A model generated the notes under the pieces. The model saw only the letters and a list, made by a program, of their open reading frames with translations, made no database searches and was not told the origin of the DNA. Shown here piece after piece: positions 1 to 12,800 of a stretch of 62,350 nt of DNA. Made by a program: the position numbers and the translations under genes. The DNA is from Catajapyx aquilonaris. Taxonomy: Eukaryota. Location: contig JYFJ02005096.1 of NCBI GenBank assembly GCA_000934665.2, positions 1 to 62,350 on the forward strand, given 5' to 3'. The number at the start of each line of letters is the position of its first letter. The stretch's first letter is position 1.

Positions 1-180
1 CCAGCACGGGGACACCCCCTTCATCTCGTGCAGAGTTAGGCCGTCTCTGGCTTCGTCTTGGGTGGTATCGCCAATAGACAAACCACCCAGGGGAGTTCAC
101 AAAACGACCACACATGAGACATTCACTGCACCTTGCACATCCCCTCCTGTCATCCTGCCCGTGGGACTGGGTGTTTCAAA
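1..180 (+). mobile_element. tRNA-derived SINE family A, partial copy (head cut by window edge)
   Basis: Closely matches the reverse complement of 7010-7120 and 35770-35875 (ggacacccccttcatctcgtgcagag...ccacccaggggagttcacaaaa). Confidence 0.75.
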
Positions 181-229
181 AATATGGTCTCACTGTATGT
201 ACTACAAGTTACAATAAAGGTCCGTGCAG

Positions 230-497
230 TCCCCCAGGGGGTCAGGTTTCCCTAGGTACAGGTCAGAAACTCCCCACTGACACTGCACCTCCTCATGGAC
301 AGGACAAGGATAGGAAAGGAAGGAATCGGCTGTGGCCTATTTTACGGTACGATCCCAGAATTTTTCCTGGGGCGACCTAGGAAAACCACAGAAAACCAGG
401 ATCAGGACCGCCGGCCTCCAGGACTCGAACCCAGGACCTCCCGATTAGCAGTCGGATACCATAATTATCCACTCCACCACTACTGCTTCGGTCCCCT
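230..497 (-). mobile_element. tRNA-derived SINE family C (core resembles orthopteran Lm1-type SINEs)
   Basis: B box GGTTCGAGTCC; core ggttttctgtggttt...aaaataggccacagccgattccttcc shared with the copy at 49950-50225. Confidence 0.7.
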
Positions 498-569
498 CTG
501 ACATTATGAATGCCCGTATAGAAAATAGATATTGTTTTCTCAAATGTGGCTTTCTATACATTGACTTAC

Positions 570-3500
570 CTGCATGCAAACTCTGCACCAAACCGCTCCT
601 CCTCACAAAGCAAATATTCCCCTCCCTCATCTCCACTCTCATTTTTGCTGCTATACTTCTCTTCTGAATCACTTAAAGCCTCCTTTTCCTTCTCTTCTTC
701 TTCTTTTTCCTTCTCTTCTTCCTCCTCTTTGGACTCATCTGGTGCCAATGCCTCCAAAACTTGCTCTGTCAAATCAGTCAGAAGAGTACTCTGTAACACT
801 TCTCCCATAGACACCAATGCCTTTCTGGTAGCAGCTGCACATTCATGCATCCAACCCTTTGCCTTGGCTGGATCACGTAAGGATGAACGACGGGACAATG
901 AAAATATGTCACTATCCCAAAGGTGTCCCTCTGAGGTTGAGGTTGGTGAAGGAGATGGCAGTTCAGGTAGTGGAAAAAAGAGGGCCTGTAATGCAGGTGG
1001 GGGTTCTGGTGGAGGGGGAGGTTCTAACCAGTAGCCTGGTGGGGGAGGATAGGCATCAAATAGTTTTGGAGGATCCTCTCCTTCTGCGACAACTGCATCA
1101 GGCACCCACCGTTCACTGGGGCCACCAGCAAAGTACATCTGGACTAAAAGGCGATTACGCATCATGGATGAAGCATCAACAGTAAATCCTTCTGGTTCCT
1201 CCATGCTGTAGCACATCTGCTGCAGTTCCACCAGTTGCACTTGCTGCAGAATTTTAAAAAATATGTCATTATACAATCCCACAGTAATATGATTTAGTTT
1301 ATTTTCACTGCATCCTAGTTCCACAATGTGGTCATATGCCTTGTATCTTGTTGCTCTGCATAAAGCCACAAATTTGTACTTTCTAACTCAAACATAACAA
1401 TCATGTGGCTGTTTAATCACATACAATTCAACTTGTTCAAACAGAAACTTATTGCTAACTTTCCAAAGTGCAAGTCACATACAAAAACCTTCTTTCTAGC
1501 AGTACCATGCCTTTCCTGCTGAATGAGAATAGCCAGTAGCCTTTATTTTCAATTAACTGTAACTCTCAAGTGCTAGCTCTGTACTACACACCACATGCAG
1601 AAACTACCCTACAGACAAAGCTTTTACCCTCAGCTGCAGGAAGCTGTCAAGCAGCAATATGGAGTCAAGAGAGGAGAAGAAAGCACCCATCAGCTGCAGT
1701 CCCAGTTGATGCAAGCCATCATTATCCAGAAGTCTGGCAGTAAATTCATTCCGCAGGCACATGATGCTCATGGTAAGGATCTGTGACAGGCTGACTGGGG
1801 TCTCTACTTCTTCACATGACAGGCTTTGCTGGCTCATGAAACCAGCAAGAAGTGGTGACCTCTGCATCATGCCACCCAAGTTCAATGGCTGACCTTCTCT
1901 CAACAGCACTTTCAGCCCTAAAAATTAACAAAGTAACAATGACATATTAATGCCTCATTATTTCCCCTAACTGACGTTGACCATTTCCTAAAGCACAAAT
2001 GAGACAAATGTATCAATTATCTCATTCACAGAAAAGTATAGCCTACTGCAAAAAAGGCACACTTCCATTGTTTGAGATACAAGCATGCAACACAAGTAAC
2101 TCGTGGTTTTGATATGCAGTTCATGTGCTTCTTTCATGCAGCAACATGTCAAAAAGAAACCTAAAAATTAATCCCCCCTTTTCCACATCTAATTATCTTT
2201 TTGTCTTCTAGATAAAAACAGCATCAAATGCTGTCCAATATTAATTTGATGTTTGTTGCACTGTTTGCCATACCATCAAACGAGGAGCATATGGTGAGCA
2301 AGGAGCGCACAGCACGTGACAGAAGCTTCTCCTTGGATCTGAGAGTGATTGGGTGGGGACCCAGATCTGGGCCTATAGGAGGTTCCAGGTCTTCAAGCAA
2401 GCCCCAGATGACCTGGATACGTTTGCATTCAACGCCAAGGGAGCACATGGCCTCAGCACCTTCTGCCCAGGTGGTCAGTGTAGCATACTGCTCCTCTTTC
2501 AAGAAGGGCTCCTTTTCTTGCGCCTCTTCCCTGCAAATGAATTGTGACAGCTCGGTTATTTCCGCACAGCCTTCAATTTTCCCTTGTAACAGAGACTTAA
2601 GGATATACGTATATCTTGATTAATTGTGTTAATTATTATCAATTAAAATGGAAACTCGAGTGTGTGGGCAATGCATAATAATGTGTAATGTCATAATATT
2701 ATGTAACCAGATATGATTAAAAACCATTAATGCATCTCAGGTTGAAAGATGCAGATAGAAATATTCTATTTAATCCTTTGGGAGAGAAAGAATAAGAGAG
2801 ACATGCATGATTCCTGTGCTTGTTACGGTAAAATTCAAATATAAGAATTTTTACCCTGCAGTTTTGCAGTTGCACTATTGTTGGCAGAGTTGCATTACTG
2901 TCATATATGTTAGTGACCTCATAAACTGATTTTTGGTCAGTAAGTCTTTACTACAAGGGGAGCCCTCCAACTCTCCTCACCTCACTATCATTATTCAAGC
3001 CATAAGTATCTGACAACATTCTTGACTCAAATTTTATAAAAATGGGAAAGCCTAGTAAAGAGACAGGCACTTACGGAGTAGTGGCATAAAGTGAAACAGG
3101 AGGCAGCACATCCTGCAGGAAAGACTGAGCACCTCCTCCCATTGGAACCTGTAAATGGGGACTGGAGGAGGACATGGAAGACAAAGATGAGGAAGGGGGA
3201 GGAGGGGGAGGAGGGGCATAAAATAGGAGACGGAGGGACTGAGGGTTACGTGTGAAAAATGCCACACTCTTCCTTAGAGTTGGCATCACTTGAATAGGGC
3301 TTTCAACAGGTGTTTGAAGTGTTGCTGCTAATTCAGGAGCCAGCTCCTCCTCTTCTTTTACTCCCTCTTCCTCTTTTGCCCCTTCTTCCTCTTTTGCCCC
3401 CTCTTCCTCTTTTGCCTCCTCTTCTTTTAACACTTCCTTTTCCTCTTCTTTGTTCTGGTTGTAATCTTCTGGGTTGTCCTTCAAACTATCTTTTGACTCC

Positions 3501-6334
3501 AGCACCACAGTTGAAAGGCTACTGGCTGAAGGTGAATCACGCTCCCGCAAAGGAGGAGATGGCTGGTAGTAAGGTGGCGGTGAGGGAGAACTTGAGTGGA
3601 CTGGAATATTCCGGTAGTCATACTCAATCTCATCCTCATCCTTATCATCCTCTTTCTCTTCATTTGGCACCACTGGTCCCATGGTGGCCATTGGGGAAAT
3701 GGCAGCCACCTCACTAGCCCACTCTCGCTGATGCATAGACACCAGAGCAGTAACAAATTCACCTGAACAGCGGTAAAGGGCACCAGATGCGGAAGAGCAT
3801 AGCTGAGACGTTACAGATATTGCAGATAAAATAGCCTCCTCTTCTTCCCGACGCCTAGGTGTCTGAAATTATTTGTCAGTAATGTAGATATACATCCACA
3901 AATTTGTTGAATAAATGGCACTAAAAATGTTGTTGTGCACTTTAGTTATAATCCTTGTAACCAGGAGCAGAACTACAATAGGTCAGTTAATAGGTCAGTT
4001 CAGGTGGTTAAGCCAAACTAGGGTTCCTATACACAGGGTAATGTGATTAAAATCAAATTAAAGCAAAGAAATAATATCAACACTACACTGTTCCCTAAGG
4101 AGGGGGCATCTTATTGTATTGCAAAGCAAGGTCCTTCAGGGCTAGTTGCACCAATGCTTTTACCCTTCCTTCCACACCATTGGAAATGTTGGGTATGATT
4201 TCATAGTATTGCCTCTTGTGCAATAAAACTGTGACTCAGTACAGTACATGACAATGGAACCAGTCATACAAATTACTCACAGGAATTTTACTCTGAGCAG
4301 CCTAAAGTTTCTATGATTTAGGAAAGGATGATTGAAAAATTAACACTGACTTCCTAAATTTCTTATGCAGTACTTAAAAATATATTAAATTATAAGGATT
4401 CCTGGAGTTCCATTTTATGATTAACAGTGTGGTTCCCATAATGTCGGATGATGAACCCACCTGTGGTTTCAGTTGCTCTTCCTTCTCCTTTCCTTCTCTC
4501 TGTTCCCTCTCTTGATCCAATTCTTGCTCTGGATCCTGCATGAATATCAAAGCAGCTGCCACAATCTTACCAAGAAGTCCCTGATCAGTCCCTTCCTCTT
4601 GCTTCTCTGCATCAAGCATTGAAAGCCACCCCATACGCAGCTGGTTCTCTAAGCAGTTTGTCCCTGAATTAGTGTCTAGCATGGCCTCCAGAACACTAAA
4701 GAGAGCCAGCAAGTGCCTGTGATGAGCTCTGGTCTCATCCCTGTCATGAGCATCATCTCCACACTCAGACTCTTGAGATTCAACTTCATCCTTTGAGGAA
4801 ATGGATGCAGGAGCAGTATGAGGAGGGTCATGACCAGGGGCTGGAAGAGGTGAGGAAACATGAGAATGGATGGAGTGCTGTGAATGTACTGAAGGATGGG
4901 AATGATTGGAATGCTGGGACTGAATGGAACGCTGTGAATGTACTGAAGGATGGGAATGATCGGAATGCTGGGACTGAATGGAACGCTGTGAATGTACTGA
5001 AGGATGGGAGTGAATGGAATGATGGGACTGAACGGAAGGGTGGGACTGAATGGAATGGTGGGACTGAATGGAATGGTGGGACTGAATGGAATGGTGGGAC
5101 TGAATGGAATGGTGGGACTGAATGGAATGATGGGACTGAACGGAAGGGTGGGACTGAATGGACTGCTGCGATTGAGAATGGACTGAGTGCTGGGAATGAA
5201 AAGAATACTGGGACTGGACAAAGTCTTGGCCAGAGATGGAATGCTGGACAGGATTGGAATGCTGGGATTGTGTGGCAGCTGATTGGGTAGACTGATGCGA
5301 AGATCCAGCCGGAGAAGGGGTGGCTGGAGGGCAGGCAGAAAATGGTGCTAGTAAGGTGTTTAAGACGGAGGGAACGCACATCAGAGCAGCACATGAGTTC
5401 TCCTTGCTAGCAACCATGCGAAGGGCCTCCACTACATTCCACATGAGCCCCTCTCGCTCACGTTCTCGATTGAGTAATGCAAGTGAGCGGACTAAGGCTG
5501 CTGTTGCCTGCAAAGCTGTTACCGGTGCACGACGGCCAACTAGATGAACTGGAAACAGTCTCCGACCCTGTAATTATAAACCATGAAATGCCATTATTAG
5601 CCTTGTGTAAAGTGATGAAGAATTGCCAGAAAGGAGCTTCCATTAGCTTCTTTGAAGTTACATTTCGTGGAGTAGAATCATTAATACAAATTAAAATTAA
5701 GGTCCTTTGGTTAATATGTATAATCACTTACAGTGTATCTACCAAGAGTCACACTCATACTATAATACAGCTTCCAAAAGATTTACTAGGCTTTCTATTC
5801 CTACGTCACACTTTCAACAAATATTTTCCTTGGATAGTACCTCAGAGTATCTCAGCAGAATAGCAACAATCCAGAGGGAGTGCAGCACAGCAGCCAGACT
5901 GACTGCAGAAGGAGGGACACACTCCCCAAGATGGCACCTCTCATTGGGCTTAAGCCAATCTAGCATCTCACATAAACCTAGACGATGGCTGTGAGCAAGG
6001 GCTGCCAAGAGGAGGCCCAGGGTTACAGCCAGTAGACGGGGGGAGTCAGCCAGCACAGCAGTGACCAAGGAGCGACCAAGGGCACCATGCAGCCAGTACT
6101 TCAACCAAGTTGCCTTTGGGTCCACCAAGGCCAAGAGATGAATTGGATGGAGAAGATGATGGCCATCCAAATCTGCAAGGCTGCAAACAGCATGTGACTC
6201 ATGTTAATTATCTATTTATATTTTAAAATTTAAAATTTAAATGTATTTAAAAATTGAATGCTTTTGTGGATTAAAAGATCTCTAAACAAAATTTTACAAT
6301 TAAAGGGTTGGCTTCTCATCTTGTTCACACGAGC

Positions 6335-6425
<91 letters not shown>

Positions 6426-6779
6426 GGGGGAGGTGTGGTGGCCGTGATGGTAACGTCTCGGCTTGCTGAGTGAAAGGCCCCAGGTTCGATCCCCGCCTGG
6501 GGAACTTTCCTTTCACCTGCGTCAGGAGGGTCTCTGACCTGCACCAAGGAGGTGTCTGGCAACCTAACCTCCTGGGGGACAGCACATGACCCCTTTACCG
6601 ACATTGCACTTGCACCAATGGTTCCTCCCCAAAAATCCCTACCCCTACCCTACATCCTAGACTCCTTGCACCAGTGTATGACGTTAAACAGAGAGAAAAT
6701 GGTGGTATCTCACCCCCCTAAACAGGCTCAGCCTTATCACGGGGTAACGTAAATAATAATAATAATAATAATAATAATA

Positions 6780-6845
<66 letters not shown>

Positions 6846-9800
6846 ATCCTGGGGTTGTGCTTTCACCCCCAACTGGGGGTATATCACATGGACCTTTATT
6901 TTTATTATTATTGTACAGTAGTTGGTGCCTATTAATTGAAGCGCCCAGGCCCACGGGCAGGATGACCGGAGGGGATGTGCAAAGTGCAGTGCGCGGACTG
7001 TTATGGGTACATTTTGTGAACTCCCCTGGGTGGTTTAGTCTAAGGAAATACCACCCGAGACGAAGCCAGAGACGACCTAAACTCTGCACGAGATGAAGGG
7101 GGTGTCCTCGGGCTGGGATCGAACCCGGGACCTTAACATCCGTGGGCGCATACATTTCCGCAGTGCCACTCCACCTCCCCTACACAAACAATAGTAGCTA
7201 ATCAACAATACATGGTTGTAATATGGAAATACCCACGCCCAATCGCCAGGTAGACTGATAGTACTCGCAAAACTAGTATAGGGATGTGCAATGAGTTTTG
7301 GGCGCCCATGCGTAGTTAATGTGTACTGGCCTTTAAAGTGTAGAGGGACAGATGGTAAAATATGAGGTAAAAATGACACGTGCACGGGTGTCGTACCCAG
7401 ACTCTTACTTTGACGGGATTTGATCAGCTATTGCACATGGAGGATGTGTTACGGACCCAAGGCTGGATTGATCGGTAGCCCTTGATATGGTTTTTGCTTC
7501 TTTATAGCTGGCGGGATGTGACATCATGAAACTTTGATGGTGCTGTACATATTAACTATGCAACGGCGTCAAAAACTAATGGCACATCCCTATATTAGTT
7601 TTACAAGTACTATAAGTCTACCTGGCAATTGGGCGCAAGTTTCCCTTCAACTCCGTACATAGTACTTTCATTTGTGTGTTGCCAAGGTCATATCCATCAT
7701 TTGGTCCTATCCATACAGGGTGTTTGTTACTAGTCCAGCCAACGCCAGTCACAGTACTCGAGCCAAAAGAAGTCGAAAATGTAGGGGGGGGAAATGTCGA
7801 TGGACCAACCGTTAAATGACCTTGACCAGAAACATTGGTCAATGGCTGCCGAAGGAGCAGGATGAGCATGAAAATCGCGCCTGTTGGGATATTTGCAAGG
7901 TCGCCTCTTTCACAGAAGTGATTATCACTGCTCATATCCTGCAACTTCGGCAACCACCAACCAATGTTTCTGGTTGTCTATCTCGTTAACGGGTCTTTCG
8001 ATTCGTTGGTCTTTCGATATTTCTCCCCCCTACATTTTCAACTTGTTTTGGCCCTACGCTGACAGCCATTGGCTGGACTAGTTAGAAACACCGTGTATAA
8101 GAAATAAATCAATGGCATGTCTGAATTTCTGACTCTTTAAAGTAAAGCCATGAATTAATGCATATACATCATGGCATGCCCAATTACACGTAATTGCACA
8201 TCCTTGTAAGTGACAAAGAAAGAATTTTAATAGTTCATAAACAACAATTTTGAGCAGAGCAATGCAGGTGCCTCGAAGCATCAATCACTTAACCCTCAGA
8301 CGGTGACGTGCGAAATGTTCGCTCTCCGGTGACGTGGGCACTTTTTGTGACCAAGCCATATTTTTTGTTATATCTGGCGAAATATAGCACATTCGGGCTT
8401 CACTTTTGAGACAATCATAGTGTGATTCCTTCTACGACAAATAGCGTTTGGTTTTCATTTTTTGAGGAAATAGCGCGATCAGAAAAAAATCGGAAAGAAA
8501 ATCAGTCGGGGCCAACTCCCGGGGGTAGGGGGATTCCACCCCTTGGCGGCCTGGGATGCCACCGGGAGCCGCCAGACCGGATCTTGGTTAGGCCCCATCT
8601 ACGCATTGCCGCCTAATTTATTTTTTCCTGGTCGTGCTATTTGCTCAAAAAATGTAAACTAAACGTCATTCATCACAGAAATAGTCAAACGAAAATGTTC
8701 TCAAAGATGAATCTCGAATGTCCTAAATTTGCCAAGTTATAGCAAAAAAAGGGTCGTTGGTCACAAAAAGTGCCCACGTCACCGTCCGAGGGTTAAGCAC
8801 CAGGAAAACAGTTATGCAACTCTAATGTATGAATCCCTTGACATGACAATCCTGTTGTGCAGTCCAAGAATTTCACATGAGACATTTCTGTGCAGTAAAT
8901 TGAATGATTCCATATCACATACCTCCCAGCTGAGTCCTCCATATGAAGGCACAGGACATGAAGGACATTTTCCACAACTTCTCCAGCCTTACGCATACCC
9001 ATTCGAGGCCAGGCTGACACAGACGTACGCATAGTTTCAGCCATGAAGTGAGCTAGACGTAGCATCCGAGATGTCGTTAGATCAGCTGGATCCAAACATT
9101 CCTGCAAGCAACAGCAATACCTTTTTCCAGGAGGATGAACCAAAGAGAAACTGCAGCACTACAGTAATTGTAGCAGTGCACTAGCTACAAACTTCGTGAT
9201 AGCAGTGGGATAAGTGGCAACGGTTTGTTGCAACAGTATTAGTACAGTGAGCCCCCGTTACCTGCAGTTTCTTTATTTGCAGTTTCAGTTAACCGCAGCT
9301 TGAAAATATTAAATCAAACATTATGATTTTAACATCAGCATGTACGAGTATGAAAGTAAGTTCCTTTTTTAATTATACGTACAAACTACAAAGCACCCAC
9401 AGAATTAATATTACACACATCTTAAAGGTTCTACTTTCTACTTTTTTTCAACATAGTTTCCAGCCAAATCTAGGCATTTGTCAAAGAGTTACAGAAAATT
9501 TTGCATGCGTACGTCATAGGAGTTTGCCACCATCCATTCCCCCGCTGGACTGCAACTCCTCGCCATTGTCAAACCTCTGCTTTGTGTGCCATTTCTTCAT
9601 GTTAATGGACAGGTGGTAATCTCTACCCTCTAAATCGCTGCTCTGAGGGGGGTGATTGAACAATTCTCCCTTGAATTGTTGTGGCAGGGTTTCATTGCAA
9701 AAGGCAGTATGCAGGTGGGCATTGTTGCGCAAGAAAAACACGGTCCGCAATTCAACATGCCACAACGTTTCTTTGGAATGGCCATCCTTAAGCTCTGTAA

Positions 9801-12800
9801 TGTATCACAGTAAACCTTTGGGTTGAACAAATTCCATGGCATGTTGAATTCCCAAGTGTTTTTTGCAAGACAATGCCAGCCCTCATAATGCCTTGGACAC
9901 TGAAACCCTGCCACAACAATTCAAGTGAGAATTGTTCGATCACCCTCCTTACAGCAGGGATATAGAGCCTAGTGATTACCACCTGTCCATTAACATGAAG
10001 AAATGGCATGCAAAGCAGAAGTTTGACAATGACAAGTTGCAGTCCGGCGGGACAATGGTTGGCGGCAAACTCATATGACGTGCGCATACAAAACATTCTG
10101 TAACTCCCCGACAAGTGTCTAGATTTGGCTGGAAACTATGTTGAAAAAAGTAGGCAGTTGAACCTTCCAGATTTGCATAATATTAATTCTGAGGGTGCTT
10201 GGTAGTTGTTATAATAAAAAACGAACTTACTTTCTGGATGCGCCTTGTATATTTATTACCAAAGTACGGATTTCTAGGATTTTAGCTACTTTTCATTTTG
10301 TAGGCAGAACACCGGAAGGAAAATATCTATCTGTTTCCTAACACAAGGAACTAAAAGATCGAAGTTTTATAAAACCTAACATTGCCTATTTTGGGCGTTG
10401 CCACTCGGAGGAGATTATTCCCTTTTCTATGCACTGGGGCTGACTGGCCTGCTATTGAGCCAGGGAATGGCTGTCATAAGTCAGGAGCATTAAATGTTAC
10501 GTAGAGAATTTCTGGGCTTTTGATGAATACTTGTTACAAGTTTGTCTAACTAGAGTCTGGTCACAATCTTTGTTGCTCAAAATATGATCATCCCATTGTG
10601 CTCGATTATACACTGTAGTCCCAATTATCTAGGTACCGCTTATCCATGCATCACCAAAATAAAATTATAAATGAAAGTGCGAAAAAATTGCAATGTCTTG
10701 CAAATAAAGAAAATGTAACAATTTTTCTAGAAGACAAACTAAAGATCTATGCAAAGTTTCACTATTTTCATTAAACCTTAGTTTTAAAGCAGCATACGAT
10801 TTTGTACAGTAGTACACTAAAAACAGCGTGAATAGCTCATTCTTATGGTATCTAGGACCATTTTCAGATTGCACATTTTCCCATACAATGCTTACCTTGA
10901 AGCATGGCAGCCTCATAGGTATGGATCCAACATAAGGCAGAGCCAAGGTCTCTGCAATATTGAGTAGTCCTTCCCTGTTGGCCCTGGGGCAGTTGCAGTG
11001 TACCAGCTGGGTGTGAAAGCGGAGAGCTAAGATCGCCACAGCCCCACTGCGATCCAAAAGGGCCACCTGCAGAGCCTGTCTGAGCTTTGGCCAACATCCA
11101 CACTGGACAGATTCACTTCCTTGGGAGAAGAGGAGCTCCTGAAGTGCCTCTGCACGGACGCTGGCTGACCGACTACGTCCTAGGCGCCACAGCAAACTTG
11201 AGCACTTTTGTGGATGAATGGGGACAAATGGGTCCCATGTCCACACCTTTGCTTCTCCATCCTGTTGTTTTCCTTCAGTTTCCCACTTTGACTGCAGCTG
11301 CTCCTCCCGCTCCAGCTGCAAAATACATTGTAAGCAAAGGTAATATTTCCTATAATAATTTGTTCACATGAAGTTTTCATAAGATAAGGACTGACACACT
11401 GGCCCCCAAACTTCCTCAACAGAAGGAACACTCATTACTGAAGACCAACTACAGTAAAACTTCTCTAAGTCGAACTTCCCTAAGTCGAAGTTCTCTACTA
11501 TAAGTCGAAGAAAATGACGAGCTTGGTTGGTCACAATGTAAAATAATAGGAAATAAACTTCCCTAACTCGAATTTCTTTAACTCGAAGTTCTCCATAACT
11601 CGAAGTGCTGGCAGGGCCTTACGATGGGATATCAATGCATTTTCAGTCGAAGTTCATGTTGGCGAGTACGGAAAATTTTCTCATTTCCCAGCTGAAGGGT
11701 CGAGAGTAGGCCACATGCACAAAAAGGCTCAATTTCCTGATCTCAGTCTACCAGACGTACCGAAAGAAGTGTTTGACTCGATTGTGACAATTGAATCCTT
11801 GAGTCTAAGAGTATAGGCAAATGTCCATAACAGAGATTTTTTTACAACAAAACAATGAGGAACATTGTAAGTGTGATAGTGATAGTTATTTCAAAGTTTC
11901 GAACACCTTTCGTCACTGGATATAAAGGTATGCTTCAGTATAGAATTCTGTGCTTTAAAAAATTCAAACTTCTCTAACTAGAATCTTCTATAACTCGAAG
12001 TTTTTTCCCAGTCCCATGGAGATTCGACTTATAGCAGTTTTACTGTACCATGCATCACGAAATCTACTCCACTGCATGTCCAAATGTGCTACTTTTATAT
12101 GCAAACTAGCAGAGGAGCCAGTTCTTCGCACAGCCTGTTTCCATGGTAATCACCAACAAAATGCTGTTGCCATGGGCAAACAAAAAAACAAAGAAACTTT
12201 GCCTTACATATAAAGATTATTAACAAAACATGTTATTTATTTATTAATTCACAGCAGCAAACCCGTGTGTAGTGTCTGGTACATATGTTGAACTTGGTGT
12301 CAGCCAATGTACGCAGAAATGATTGAAAGCGGTTAAGCGGAGGGAAAATGGGGAAGTAGCCTTGGTCTGGGATTTGGGATTTTTGTTCATAACTAGCTAG
12401 CCCATGCCTGTAAACATACATTCCATCACTCTGTTGCATCAAAATGACATTACTGGATAAATTACGGCACATTTAAAAGTGCCTTCAAAATTGGCGGGAA
12501 AAACGGGGCAGCCGGGTGGTGCCAATCGAAAGGGTACACTGAAATGCCTGGTTGACTGCGAGATATGAGGAATTTGACTTTGAATTAACCGCGGACACGA
12601 CGGAAAGCATTCGCAAGGCGGCTGTAGGCCATCGAGGTGGAGAAAGGGGGGGCCTTCATGTGCCGAATTCGGGTGACAGATAATTCCGACCTGGTGGCAT
12701 CACTGCCATGTACAAAGCGGCTTGAGCGACCTGGAATAAATACGCGCCCCGGCCGCTATCTTGCTCACGGAATGGGACGGTTGCTAACAACAGAGAAGCA

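Noticed and set aside
4860..5270. CRISPR-like regular repeats
   Set aside because: No unique spacers; eukaryotic coding context; no cas genes.
4676..5394. Five overlapping repeat-rich ORFs (e.g. GTEWNG, VPPFHS)
   Set aside because: Alternative frames of the 18-bp minisatellite. Only the SIQSHH frame joins BROMI exons.
6230..6887. Poly-I/L/N/Y ORFs (also 48959-50310)
   Set aside because: Translations of (AAT)n microsatellites.
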